From Trichosphaerium sp. ATCC 40318 (lineage: Eukaryota; Protista; Tubulinea), in NCBI GenBank assembly GCA_038496445.1, contig JALMLS010000377.1, positions 62,001 through 126,000 on the forward strand: a stretch of 64,000 nucleotides of DNA, read 5' to 3'. Each line of letters starts with the position of its first letter. The stretch's first letter is position 1. Positions 1-14,000 of the stretch are shown here, piece after piece. The translations under genes and the position numbers were made by a program. Under the pieces are notes generated by a model, which was not told the DNA's origin, made no database searches, and saw nothing but the letters and a program-made list of their open reading frames with translations.

Positions 1-643
1 ATGCGTTTGAGCGGCACAAACAAGCACATGCCATTCCCAACAATAGACAAAGTTGATGTTGGCAATCAACTATCAGAACTATTCTCGCTATTCGATGCTT
101 TTGGCCGTGACGTATTGCAAGAGGTTACACATTACCTTGAATTACCAAGCAGCGAAGTAAGTGAACAGATGAAGCACGTACTAGATCCTACAACAGACAA
201 ATTACCGCCAAAATATGTTAGTAGTTCGATGCTAGATGTATTTCATTACTTTAACAATGACAGTAACACTGTAATAAGTGTCAATACTGGTCCTCACAGT
301 GATTCAAGTATCATTACTATAATACCCATCGCTGAACAAGAAGGTCTAGAAATCTATGACGTACCAACTCGCACGTGGGTGTCTATCGAGAAAGACGGAA
401 TCCATGGCGAGCAGCTTGTTGTGCTTATAGGAGATTCCGCTGACTCACTTACAAAGGGCGTGCTGAAGACTACTCTTCATCGTGTTTCCAAATCAACAAA
501 GCCTCGCTTCTCCATCACGTACAAATTGCGCGCTAGGCCTGCAGGTGAAAGCTCCCTCCCTTGTAGTTGACACTCTTATATCCTCTTTAGTTGTTGGACC
601 TCGCTACCATTCGGACTACGATTTGCTGAAATCCCAAACGTGA
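1..643 (+). CDS. 2-oxoglutarate/Fe(II)-dependent dioxygenase (5' end may lie outside the window)
   Basis: HxD motif (PHSDSSIITI), distal His (TLHRV) and RxS (PRFSI); one short intron near 545-590, then a last exon ending TGA at 643. Confidence 0.85.
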
Positions 644-936
644 CAAGTAATAAAAGAACACCGCTTCTTGCCACGCTAGTTTCTTCAACAGGAATAACCA
701 CCCGAAAAAGTCAGCATCACTGAATCAATTAAAACAGACAAAAATAGGTAATATCACGTGGCCTGTGTTTATACACTCAGAAAAGGACCTCCAAGCGTCG
801 CGTAAATCTGCTCGGGTTCGAGCAAATATTCTCAAAAACACAAGAGTTCAATAAAGAAAGAGGCACATAACGGAGCATAAATCGCTGTTTTTGACTTCCT
901 GTGACAACCTATAATAATTTTTTGTAAACTAAGCGT

Positions 937-3116
937 ATGGCGGATGACTTAGGAGAGTTCACGCTAATTCAGAAGAACGCAATGCTAGAAGAAGACGATT
1001 TCCACTCTGTTAGCCCTATCAGTACGCAACGCGGCTGTGGTAGTTAATTAACAGCGACTAGAAAAGAAATCTACTACAGCAAGCGAATATTCGTTAAAAG
1101 ATGTAGGAAGCTACAAAGCAACCAATGAAATATCATTTGAGTGCGTAACAGAAGCGCGTGGATAAGTTTTAACTAAAAGTATAGCGACAATTCCTACACA
1201 ACGGATGAGTACTCTGATACGCTAAAACTAGTACCAGAAACAACAAAACGCCACCAAAAACATAATTGGGAAAATATTGACATTCCAAATGACCAAGAAA
1301 CCTTTAGTGACTCGTACAAATATCTAATTCGTAAAGGCCTACCAGATTCAATAAGAAAAAAGGTAAACTGAAATGCTCGAAACAACTTGAACTGTAATTT
1401 GACACAGCTCAAAGGCATGGCCTATTTTATTAGATGTAGTAGAGAACGCGTCAGCACAGGATCCATACACAGTACGTAAATTAAGTAAAACACGCGTTAA
1501 CGGTTGTAAAAAGGATCGCATTCAAAATGTTTTTGATGATAAAATTCCTAGCTGGTACGGTTATACAATAGATAACTAAACCCTTAACTTCTTTAATAGC
1601 ATTCATAAGTACCCTCTTTTTGGTGGTAATGATAAATTTGATGATTACTGTCTACAAGCGGAAGCAAAAGAGAGATTCAAGCGAATTTTATGTGTCCTTG
1701 GAACAGACAATCCTTCTCTAAACTATTGTCCTACTTTATCAAACCTAGGTTTGTCTACCAACCTCTGATCATTCGCATTATAACGCTTACGTAGTTTGTA
1801 TCCTACTGCACTTCTTTTCAGAGGCAGAAACTCATAGTATTCTTCACATGTTGCTCAAAAACACATTCAACAACAAAACACCTCATAATTACTTCCCGTT
1901 ACAAAAGAAGCAATACAGCTTACAGATTCTGACATTCCAGAATCTTGTAAAGAGGTATATACCAAAACTATGGGATAGGATTGAAAAGCTCAATGTTGAC
2001 ACCAACGAGTTTGCTTCATCATGGTTTTTAAATTTCTTCATGCTAGAGCTTCCTATGCAGGTACCTATCAAGGTTCTTAATGTCTTTGGAGTGTTGACAA
2101 CTTTTGTAGACTGCATTACGTGTCTTTGACAGCTATCTTAGTGAAGGCGTAAAGGTGCTTCATAGAGTGGGATTAGCTATCTTGAAAATGAACGAAAAAA
2201 CTTTACTCAATTGTAAAAAGAAGGATCAGTTTGTGAATACTGTTAACCAATACACATCGCAGATTTTTGATCAAGATAAACTTATGAAGGTTAGAAATTT
2301 TTCTTTTTTATACTTTGTCACGTGACTAACAAAAAACAAAATTAGGTTGCTTTTAAATTACACTTGTCAAGAAAGCACCTTGGCCAATACAACAAAAAAA
2401 ATAAAAAGAAAGTCGCTGGCATACGAGAACCATCTACTGGAGTTTATTATCGTCCTAGGATTGATAAAGCATCATCACTTATTCCTCTAGAGGCTGTACG
2501 TTTCACTCACAAAAATGTACCTACGTGAGCTTATAAGGATTACAGTTCGAGGTGTTGTATGAGTGGATTCCTCAAAGGCTTCGTATTCATGATTTATCTC
2601 GTGTATTCTCAAGTGAAGATGATGGATATAGTGTCAAACATTTTCTGTCAAAGATGGAGTTCTATTCGCCAACATTCTTATTTATGAAATCCAAAGAAGG
2701 AAGAGTGAGCCAACTTCTACTTGTTTTGAATATCAGTACTTATAACTTCAATAGATTTTTGGTGTATACATGCCTTGTGATTGGCGCTTGTCGGGTCAAG
2801 GCTATATAGGCACAGCAGATACTTTTGTATTCTCATTTACACCAAAGTTTGTTGCGTATGTACCACCACCAGGTATTAAGCACGAGTTCTTTTTGAATGT
2901 AAAGGAGGACTCTTTTATTATTGGAGGAGGAGAGTACGTCAAAAGTATTATTAATTACCTTCCTCACATTACTACAGCGAAGGACCTGCTCTATTCGTGA
3001 CTGATAGCTGGATTGCAAGTAGTAATAGATCAGAGACATTCAGAAATGAACCACTAAATGGAGAGCAGTCTACAAACTTTGAGATAACACTTATTGAAGC
3101 ATACGAGTTTGATTAG
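937..3116 (+). CDS. TBC (Rab-GAP-like) + TLDc domain protein, TBC1D24-like
   Basis: Manual splicing across about 11 GT-AG introns gives an open frame: YKYLIRKGLPDSIRKKAWP, LRVFDSYLSEGVKVLHRVGLAIL (TBC), then WIPQRLR...FSSEDDGYS...FGVY...YIGTADTFVFSF...IIGGG...SETFRNEPL (TLDc). Confidence 0.9.
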
Positions 3117-3180
3117 AATAAATAGATTTAATATAAAAGTTTCTTCATTTACAATTCTAGAAATACAGTTGTAATTACAC

Positions 3181-4577
3181 TCAAAGGTCGAGAAAGGTAA
3201 GCCAGTGAGCTTTTAGTTCCTCCTCAGTAGCAAAATCTACTGAGCAACAAGGGCAAGTAAGCGATAAGGGTTCTTGATTAGTTTTAGCGTTGTCAGGCAT
3301 TGGTAGTAATGTAGGTTCTTTAAGATCTTCTGGAAGCAAGACGGAATTGGCAAGCGTCGTCGGCACGCCAGAAATGGGTTGTAACATATCTGAATAAGCG
3401 GGTGGAGCAACAATATCAACCATTTCTGAGTCATCAACAACAGGCACATTTGTGTATGTAGCACTAGTGATGTTGGAGATAAACGTTGAAAAAAAATCGA
3501 GTACGTCGTCAGAAAGTTCAGTTATATCCTCAATTTCTACCACTTCCTCTACTTCTCTGATGCTGTTGGTTAAATCTATTTCTGTCACTTGAGGAGGGAC
3601 CGAGGCGAGTCGTTTTTTCCGTGCTGTTTTGAAATAGGTTTCTTGTCTTTTCTCTCGAGTGTCGTAAAGTCAGTTGGTATTGGTTCTAATGGGTGGATGT
3701 TTTTTATGTGACGAACTAGGTTTCCTTTGATCGTGTATGTTTTATCACAAACATCACACATGAACAGACAGGGTCGTTTATGTACATTGCGTTCATGAGC
3801 TGTTAACGATCCTCTGTAAGCAAACCTTTTTCCACAAATTGTCCCGTCCTTCAACAGTGACGAACAAACGTGTCGCTTTAATTCTGAGTGGGATTGCATG
3901 TGGCGGCTGAGGTAAGCCTTCAGTCTAAATTCTTTACCGCATGTATCGCAAGAGTAAGTGTTCGTAGGCTGCCGATATTCATTATTTTCTTTGGTGGGGC
4001 TGAAAGTTGACTGGCTCTCTTCGTCTGCGTCGTCAGAGTAGTCATCAATGAAGATTACTTCGGCGCTTGTTTTTCTTATCTTTTGAGGCGGTTGGTCTTC
4101 ACTGTCTTCTTCGCTCTGGCTGAGGGTTGATTGGCTCTCTTCGTCTTTACCAGCGGATGTAGAAACAAGTTCGTGCTTTCTTTTTTTGAGGTTCGGTTTG
4201 GAGTCATTTACTTTGACAGGGTGAATGACAGTGACATCATTTTCAAGCGGCTGAGAGCAAAGTGGGCAACAAGAGCCTATTGAAGCCCATACACAGGCGC
4301 AAACTTCACAAGTGCTGTGACCACAAGGAAATAGCATAGCGTTAGCGGGAAGTTGGCATAAACAACATGTTCGTTCATTTGGTTCGTTCTGGAAGTAGTC
4401 CAGGCTAATAGGCGTTAGAAAATTAGTCACAGAATTAGGTGTCCTGACACTTTTGTTTTTATTCCTTTAGAACGTAGTGCAATCCAATCGCTTCGCGTTG
4501 GAGGTGTTGTGAGAAATCTCTTCGCGATGGTGGTTGTGCTAACCAAGGCGCAGGTACTCCTCACTCGTTCTCTTCAT
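3181..4577 (-). CDS. RING finger + multiple C2H2 zinc-finger protein, with a frame change near 3560-3620
   Basis: CxLC..PCGH..CxxC..CPLC RING; C2H2 fingers (CDTCGKEFRLKAYLSRHMQSH, CDVCDKTYTIKGNLVRHIKNIH); second ORF 3181-3588 ends in another finger-like motif; short first exon MKRTSE plus intron upstream of 4430. Confidence 0.8.
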
Positions 4578-4800
4578 GTTTAGTGAGGAGCGCGTTAAAA
4601 TTACCTGAGATCTTCGCCCAAAGGATACAGTGTAGCTTGCATGTTAAAATAAAAGTTTTGTTTTATGGTAATAGAGAGAAGTGGCCTTCGCTGTGAAATT
4701 TCTTACAACTTAGCTAAAAAGGATTAAGCCACGTGGTAAAACAATTCTTGAGCTACAAGTCGATTTCCCACTTGATGTACTTATACAGCATAATATTAGA

Positions 4801-7003
4801 ATGAAAGTAACCAAATTACACGTCTTGTTGTTACTGGCGCTTTCTTTGGTGCACGCTGGACAAGTAAAATGGTGGCCTAACCGGATGGGTAATATAGCAG
4901 GCTTTTATGCGCTTTTTACATAAAATAATGTGATTGGTTTGTTAACGTCGATGTTATGTAGGTTCTTCGCCGGAAATACCTCGTATTATCCCATACGCGT
5001 CTATAGAGCAGAGTAAGTTTTGCGATTTAATCTTTGAGCCCTAATAGTCCTGTAGGCATTCCCACATTCCATAATGGGTTTGCTGTCGATTATAAAGGCC
5101 AGTTATTGCATCTAAACATGAACCAGTCAGCCTTGGTTGTAATAAAAGCAAAGTACGAATTAAAATATCCTCTAAGCGTTACTGATTCCCAACAAGATCT
5201 CAAATGACTGTCATTGTAAAATTTATAGATGACACGTACATCATAGAAAAAAATGATGTAGATAATAACATAATCATTCCATTTCTTCAACCAGTACGTT
5301 GCTCGTAACAATAACTAATAGCAATACTCCAAACTACGTATTTAGTTTTCATTAATAACATAATAGATCGATTGGATGCATCTCTCAGAGCCTGACAGCG
5401 CAAAAGTTTGCGTGTTTGGTTTAAATCAAAAAAAAATGAGGAATAGTAATCAGGTTAGAAAATGTCTTGTGCTCAGTTTTTGTTATTAAATAATACTCCT
5501 AGGATTCTAAAAAAATTAAGTGTACATACAAAGTTAGCGGTTCTGATGCTAAAGTTATTATGCCCAGAAAGCTTGGACATTTTACTCACGAGTACTTTTT
5601 ATCAGCTCAATATATACCTGTACTTATTGCTTCTTTACAATGAAATGTATTCATTCTTATAAAAATATAGGATCCTGAAGATGTTTCCATTACTATTGGT
5701 GCTACAATTGATCAATTTGAAAGCGTTTTGACGCTTGCAAGTGTTTATAAAGGTAAAATTCAAAGGTATTGTTGGGTTTATTAACGCTTTTTTGAAGGTC
5801 CAATATCTTGTGCTCTATTTGCAACCTCACAAAAAGATGTAAACGCATTAATGGCTACGTATTTGAGTGATAGAAACGCTCGAATGTACATAGATATACA
5901 TTTGGTGTTTGAGGTAGTGATAGGCGTTAGAGAAGAAAATTAAAACTTTTTTAGGATTCGAAATCAACGTTGAGTGGAATTCCTGTTAATCATTTGCGTA
6001 ATGTTGGTATCAGATATGTCCGCACATCTTCTATTATTTCTCTTGATCCTGGATTCTATCCAACAGCACCAATGAAAGTTATCAAAACATTGATGTACAC
6101 CACAAAAATCTGAGAATATTTCACACATTGCTGACACTTTTTTGTCAGCGAAACAGATGACAACAAGTTGATTGCACTTGGTGTATACGACGCACCAAAA
6201 TTGGATTTATCTAAATTTCCGATTTCTCCAGGCTCATTTAGTGACTGTACTAAATCAGAATGTCATAAGGCAAAGAGCTAATTTTCCTTAAGATACTAAA
6301 ACTGATCATCCTTTATTTAAACAATATCCATACGAGAACAGTATTACCGAAGATAAAGGAGAATTTTACAGTCCTTTTGTGGGGACTAGAGATACACTTG
6401 AGTACGTAAAATAAATAGTACAAACATGATATGTTTACTTAATTATAAGGTATCATGAACTGCTATCTCCTGATGACGGCTTTAAACTTCGATTTGAAAA
6501 TGACAAGAAGATAAATCAATTACGCTTTACTTCTAAGGTTGCTATCATCCGCAATATGTCTGCGATCAGGGCACAGGACGTTTCATTTGCAAAGGTAAGT
6601 GTAGTATTAAAACAGGCCACAAGTTTTTAATTATTTTCAGAGCTTCACATTCGAGGATGCTGTAGCTATTCAGGAGAAAAAACGAAAACAATCAGGTCGT
6701 GTCACTTGGTGGGATGAAGCATTTTTTAAGCCACATTTCCCAGAAAAACAGCAAGAACAGGAAGTAGAGAATAAACAGAAGACATTAGAAATCAAGTCGA
6801 AAATAGAATCGGAACTCAAAGAAACAAATGCAAAGATAGACAGTATCCAACAGGAAATATCATTACAACAGCATAACCTTACATATCTGGTTATACAATC
6901 TTTAATCTTACCACTGGTAATGTCTTCAGTCATGTGTTGCTTCTTTTCATGGAAAGGAGGACGTAAAAACGCGTCCTCTTTGAGACGAAACCGCTCATGG
7001 TAA
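4801..7003 (+). CDS. Secreted/membrane glycosyltransferase family 49-like (LARGE/B4GAT1-type) protein with C-terminal TM
   Basis: Signal peptide MKVTKLHVLLLLALSLVHA; DVSITIGATIDQF...YKGPISCAL...IDIHLVFE...PVNHLRNVGI; DxD degenerate (LDPGF); hydrophobic C-terminal segment. Confidence 0.65.
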
Positions 7004-7210
7004 CTCAAAAATAATAAATGAAAATGTACTGTGGAAAGTTGCGTGGTATTCTTTGCTCCAGAACAATGTCGCCGATATTGATTACAGGCTAACTTAATAG
7101 TTTAAGTTCAGATGCCTTACAGCTGTTTATAGCTTCTGTACACATTGTAAATAAAGCCAGAGGTACAGCTATACGCCGTGACATAAGCAGACTCTGCATT
7201 AGACGTTCTA

Positions 7211-7766
7211 ATGGGGAACCGAAATGCAAACGCCTTACGACCGCCAGAATCAGCACCTATGCGCCGTACGAGGTCGACTGGGCAACTTAATTACAGGCAT
7301 AGCAAACCTAGACCAATGCAGCAACCTCGAAATGGAGCAAGGCATGTAAGTGGTAGAAGAATACTATCGCAGCACGAACAAGAACAAAGAGAAATTCTTT
7401 CCTCATGGAACACGCCATTTTCGCTCATACATGCTCTATTAAAGCCTCCCTCAAACGCGCAGGTACCCAACACAATGTAAAACAATTCTTTAACACTACA
7501 ATTAGAGTGAAGTTACCACACAAGCAGCTGTGCTTGGTGGAGATCTAGATCCAGGTTCGCCAACGTCAACAATCGCTATTTGTACTTACTAAATAATAGG
7601 CATAACCATTGAAGTAGGCGGGGATTTATTGAATGGTATGGCACGTACACCAGTAAGGGACTCAGCGCTCGATTCTCGCCGGGACAGTATGTCACATTCT
7701 TTGACGTCTTTACCTCACCTTGAGCACTTAATATCAAGGATGGACCAAGAACAACAAACCACGTGA
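7211..7766 (+). CDS. Hypothetical low-complexity protein (spliced; start uncertain)
   Basis: 89-aa ORF followed by GT-AG-bounded in-frame exons; no recognisable domain. Confidence 0.35.
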
Positions 7767-8026
7767 TTGTCTTTGCAAAAAAGCTCTTATCCGATTTATT
7801 TAATTTTTTTTTCGAAATGTCACGCGCTGAATCGGAAGTGTCTTTTAGCAGTGTGATCTAGTATTACAAATTTGCTTATTGGCTCTATCTTGTATTTTTA
7901 AAAAAATGTATGATTTCGATACCACAAGCTGCGTGTTGTTGTTTGCTTTTGCGTCCCGTGACAAGCCAGAGTAGTGTCGCCAATGTTCAAGAAGAGAAGA
8001 TTCTAGTTTACATTTTCTTGTTCTAT

Positions 8027-9250
8027 TCAGGAACAGTAGCTCGCGTATTTCTTAATAGCAGCCGCTCTATCTTTCTTGTGTCTTCCTCCTGCACCAAATA
8101 AGGCTGGGCTGTGTACGTTACCTTTAACGGTTGGAGGATTTCTGTTGCTTTTTATGATGTCTTGTATAAGTTTTTGGTGGTGTTGATAAGGTACTAAAAA
8201 CTTTCGTTCTCGGTTAACAGTTTCCTGTAGAATAATAGTCAGCACTTCATGTTCGTACACTCAAGAAAATCGGATGCTTTTACAAAGAATAGTTGGGTGG
8301 TAGTACGTACGTCTTTCTCTACAAGATTTGGTTTCCACCATCCTCCATCCGAGCGAAAGCTTGGTGCTTGTGACCAGAGGAAGGAAGTTTTACATTTGTA
8401 GCAATGCATGTGGTCGCAGCCACCGTTTTTTTCAATTGTTGCATAGCAAGAAGGACATAACTTTGTTGAGTTTGCTCCCCATTTACCAAATTTCATATGA
8501 GCTTCGTATTTTGATGGTCTGTAAATCCATCTAGATACTTTCTCACAAGGGAGGTCGTGGGTCTCGCCCAAGCATTTACAACAAAAGGATAGCTTACAAT
8601 CGGTGCATTTCCAGCCAGTTGCGATGATTCCTACAAGAATTATTAGTCGCGTGTTGAGTAAAACTACAAGTTGCTCCATACCTTTGCAATTTGGGTCTGG
8701 GCAATAACGTAAACCGTTCTCAGTTGCGAATTTATTTATCGTCAAGGATGCAAGTTTAGCGACTAATTCTGGGACGGCTTGAGCTGCTACTTCTTGAGAA
8801 AGTACTTGAGGACAGTCTGCACAAGGACAAGCTATACCCATGTGTTTTATTGTGTGAATGGACCATTGATTTGTTTTCTCTTCTCTACAAGCGTCTATGA
8901 GTAAGATGTAATAGTAAGAATAACGCGTACGTTACTTTAACTTCAGTGTAGTGTCTTAGTTTGAAGTTGTTTTGGACTTGGAACTTTATGTAATCTCCTA
9001 AGCAGTCCTTGCAAAAAGAGTGGCCGCAATTGAGTGTAATTTTATCCTCTGGGTCGTCCATACAGATTACGCATTCCAAAGGTATTTTACGGAGTGTGTA
9101 GCAGGAAACAGACGTATCACTGCGTGGGGAACTTTGATCAACGTCGTTTATCCATTCAGAGTCGGAATAATCGCTTTCTTCTCCTTCAGAGTCAGATACG
9201 TATGTATCTAGGGCGCCAAGTCTGTATAGCCACTCGCAGGTGCTGCTCAT
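8027..9250 (-). CDS. RBR-type (RING1-IBR-RING2) E3 ubiquitin ligase
   Basis: CVICMD..LNCGHSFCKDCL; YCPDPNCKG..C..C..FC..C...H; KLCPSCYATIEKNGGCDHMHCYKCKTSFLW (RING2 with catalytic Cys). Confidence 0.92.
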
Positions 9251-9674
9251 GTGTTTTGTTTGTGTAAATAACTGCTTTTTGCAAGAGAATTTTCAGTGAT
9301 TGTCTTTGTATTGTGCACTTCAGAAAAAAGCGAAATATTCAAGTAGTTTCTCTTAACGCTTGTCAATGTTCTTTTTGTAGTTTTACTACGTATGTTAAAT
9401 ACGTAAAGGAAGCGAAACGCCAAGTCTATTTTTGAAACAAAGAAAAAAACACCTTGCTCTTTCGTTTTGTGCCCTCATTCATAAAGAAATAAACAAAGGA
9501 GCTAACAGAGACGACATAATATACCCTTTTGTGGAGAATCCTTCATTTGAAGAGTTTTGATATGTTTTTTGGGTTTTTGGATTTTTTCTTCAAAGGTGAA
9601 ACTCACGATCATTTTTTACCTCCCATTTCAAGTAGTATATTTTTCTTTTACTTACAACATTATTATTCTACAAT

Positions 9675-12600
9675 TTATGACGCACTTAGCTGGCCAATAG
9701 CTAAATTTTAAGTAAGAACAAAACGTGTCACTTAAAATTTTATCCATCATACCTCTGTACTGCAAATACGCATTAGACAATATATTTTCATCATTTGTCT
9801 GTTGTGCACGTGCTAATAGCTGTGCTAATATCAAATTAAAGTCAATTGGCTTCTCTCTCTTAATTTGTTCTATCAAGAACCGACTTGCAAGGCTATTGAA
9901 TGAAATGAGCGAATAAAACTGGAAAAGACAACAAAAAAAGAAAGAGTAGTTACAAAGAGATATGTGGGTCCATATCCAAATCATTAATCAGCTTTTTAAA
10001 CACCCTCTGACCATCTATAAGCTCATATTCTGCCTTATTCATACACCTAGAAAATTTTGTCAAAAAAACAACTGTTACCACGTGCTCTTCGTTCCAAAGT
10101 GGTTGAAAAAAACAAACCAAAAAACTAAAACTTTGGATTTACCTTTCCATCACAATATGAAATAATGCCACTTTATAATCGTGTCTAGGGAACTGGTTTG
10201 GTAATCGTTGAAACAAATTAAATAGAATTTCAATCTTAATTTGACTGATAAGACTGCTTGAAAGTACAACTTGACCAGCCAAGAATAACGATACAGGTGT
10301 ATCATGCAACCTCTCCTTATTTGCACGGTGTTCTACAAAAAAATAAGAATACAGTGTTTTAGATGAATAAGGAGATTAAATAACGTACTGGTGTGGTTAT
10401 GACAAAGATGGAAAATAAGAGAAGTTATGTACATAAGATTTTCTTCTGATTTTTCTCCACTGTTCAATAGTGTTGATATATACTCATTAAATGCGTTAAA
10501 TACAATAGAAGGATTATCACCCTACAAAAACCTCCCATTAGTAAAATGATAAAGAGTAACGACAGCAAAGGAAAAGTCCTATAGCCAAATAAGAAAAAAA
10601 CAAGAAATGTACCTTTGTGTGAAGTAAATAGAGTATCACTTTTTCAATTACAGTCAAATAAACACGACGTAGAAGCTCTGATTTTGCTTTACAAAGAACA
10701 TCAAACTCTTGTTGTATCATGTGATTTAGTTTTGGATCTAATTTGCCTTGCATGGATGCTTTCTTTAATTCAAACAACCAAATCTAAATGACAAGTTAGA
10801 TGCATTTTTGAACAACAAAACGGTAACGTACAATACCGTTACGACGGTTTTGACTGTTTTCTGAGCACAACAGGTCACGTAATAGTGCAAAATGTTCCAC
10901 ACAACCAGAACCATTCTTTTTAGTGTGTTTCAAAGGTGATTCAAACTCTTCTTCAACCTTAGAATCAATGGTAAGAACGTTCTTAAGGTAAATAAATAGC
11001 AAATAGTACCCTAAAATTAAGCTCTGCTAGCTTATAAAAGTCCCTCAAGATTGCTGTAAGCGCTTCTCTATCATCTACTTTACTCAAAATATCGCTGCTT
11101 TGTTTTCCAGAGAAGATAGCTACAAGTTGATAAGTTGTTACTTTAGAAGTCAAAGTGCATAAATTGAACCGTACACAGGGGATCTTTTTTGTCGAATATA
11201 TCAACTGGGCACTTGAAGATGTCTTTAAATCTACGCGGAGCACCAATACTCTTGAAAAGCTGTAAGATTGTAGCCAATCCTTTGGCATCCTGTTTGTGTT
11301 GATCTCTCCTTTTGAGAAATACATTAATTTCAAACAAATTCTCAAAATGTGAAAGACACTCTTCGTTTCACATACCTCTTATGATGCCTAGTGTAATAAG
11401 ACTGTGCTATATAATCGAATATCACAGTGAATAAATTATCACATGCCTCTATGCTTTCGCAAGAAGGATGGCAGTACAACTTCAATATATACTTTATACC
11501 ACCAAGATGCCCTGTTTGCTTACCAAGCTCAAGTGTTTGTCTATCTTCCTCATACAACGCATTGACAATGATACGAACAAGGTAGCGGTATAGAGAGGGA
11601 TGTATAAAACCAAGGTTCTCAAAGAAACTTGCCAAAATTCGAAAATCAACAGATAAGATCCTAAGCAAGTTTAGGACAATGTAGGAGGGTGAAATAGTAC
11701 TTTTCTCTGTTAATCTCGCCATCACCATCCGAGACAAAATAAAGTAAAAGGTTCAAAGCTGAACGCCATACAGCTGAACTACGCTCTTGAAACTGCATAA
11801 GCATCATTAGAGCTTCTTTTGTTCTCTCAAATAGTTCATCTTGAATTTCAGTAATATCTTTAGTAGTTCCTTCTGTAACAGTGGTTATTAAAGCGTTTTT
11901 CAAGATACTACTTTATAAAACAACAATGTCATTTTTACGTACCATCATCGAAGTCTATACGCTCAAACAAGTTTATATGACTTGATAGATTAAATATAAA
12001 GTTAAATGCATGTATTCTAATTTTTGCTTGTTCACTTGATAACATCTCATGTAATAATGACCAAAATACATCAGACGCACGCTCCCTTTATCAATAAATT
12101 TAGTTTTGAAAAAAAAACCAAAAAACATGTTTTTTTTTGTGCCAAGCTTCAAATGCCCTTTGTTTGTGACAAAACAGTGTACCTATTTTCGCAGTATAGG
12201 TCCATAATAAGTTTAATGAGAATTTTAGATGCAGTAACTCGTTTACTATCTTCTGCTGGTTTCTATTTTAAACAAAGTAATAAATAAAAACTTGCTGGGA
12301 TATGTAAGGACAAACGTACTGTAACCGTGTCAAGCATTTTTTGTACGACTTCTTTTGATACTTTTAATGGTTCTTGATCTTTATAATGTTTGTACATATA
12401 TTGTGGTGGGGTTTCCAAAGGAGATTTTAATCCACCAGCCTCTCTAAGCATTTTTTTTGTTAATCTCTTCATGATTCAATTTTTTCTGATAAATTTTGTG
12501 ATGACAGGTGTCATTTTGTTTTGCCATTTTACGTACAGACGCTTACTCCTCACAACCTCTGCGATATCTGTTTCTATCTCGCGAAGACTTTCACTGCTTT

Positions 12601-13529
12601 TTATCTGTAAACATTGACGAGGACGTGGGAAAACACCTTCACAGGGCGTTAGGTGGAAATAATTACACAATCCAATAATTACCAATGTGTTGTAACGTTT
12701 GCTCTGGAGCACGGCCCGACAAGAAGTTATGAACCTGTTTGGAATGTAATACGCCTATTCTAAATTAATTCTACCACCTTCATAACGAACATACGTGGCG
12801 TAATTTCCTTTGGCTTTTGTTTTGGCTTTCCACGTTTTTTGCTGCTACCATAAGACTTGGCTGATCCTGACGCCTAAACCGAAAGTCAACGCTACCAATA
12901 AAAACCTCATGTACGTCGTGTACGCTGGGCGATTTTTCAGCAGCCTTGACAAGTAATCTTGATATCAGAGCCAAACAATACACTAAGCTCTAAGGTAGTG
13001 TTATCAACGCATTACACAACACGTAAACGCGTCTTACCACAACCACTGGACTGCCACTGTTCTCAACTCGCTGTTGTTTGCAGAAATTGTCTAATCTACG
13101 CAAAGTGTTGCGATTTGGAGGATAACGGAGGAGATTATTTTTTAGAACTTGTGTAGCTCTCTCTAACACCTTAATAAACGTTAGAGGCGCACTACTTACC
13201 ACTATATTACCAGTTGGTGATGCTTTGTGGTCGTTTGAACTCGTTCGATCACTTTTTGAAATGCTGTAGTAACGTGAGTCAAAAAACCCAATTTATAATT
13301 GCAGGTACACTTATAAGTTATTTTTGATGTATGAAATGACAAAACAGTCTCATTTTTAAATTTAAATACAATTAATTGCCTAAACACTAGTTTTCGTACT
13401 TGTGTTAACGTATGTTGGATCACTGATGTATTTCTGGAGTTGCCGGGCTTGTTCAGGCGTTGGCATCTCACGGCGCGTATTGGCGCCTACAATGCGCAAA
13501 ATGCGCTCTTCCATGTACTTTTCCGACAT
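9675..13529 (-). CDS. Large helical protein similar to plant At3g12590/CLoG1-type proteins
   Basis: Motifs recalled from the plant family, in the same order: LRYPP..TL..LD.FC, PRP..L, ILIKLIMDLY, RIHAFNFIFNL, VWRSALNLLLYFV, and C-terminal AQQTNDENILSNAYLQYRAIGQLS. Confidence 0.7.
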
Positions 13530-14000
13530 TAGCACGGAAATACAGCACGTTAAACTCAAATACAATACGAGGAGTACAAAAATAGTCAATGTTATTCACG
13601 CAATTACAGTTCAAAGGATTGTTGTCATTGATTCTTGATCTACAAGAAGGCGCTGAGAAGACATGCCCGTGTTTCATGGCGAATAGTTGTTTTCCATTCA
13701 TCTGATAAACTAATTTTCTTATCTTGGAAGTAATTCCACATGTTTAATTCACTATAGCTGAGACTCAGTGACAATATGCAAAGATATGGTAGAGTACAAA
13801 AGAAAGCCTACATGTGTATCGAAGGGTTACTTTCCAATTTGGGTAAAATTGTAGAGTCCATTACTACTAGTTATTCAAACCGTATAATTTTGTGTCACAC
13901 AAACCAAATTAGAGCAGTGGTGAATCTAAGTTTGGAAGTAAAATAGGAGAAAGCGCGATACAGTTGGATATTGCAGAATTGTATTTATTGTCATTTTGTA

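Noticed and set aside
808-823. tRNA-like GGTTCGA hairpin
   Set aside because: No cloverleaf, D-arm or acceptor stem.
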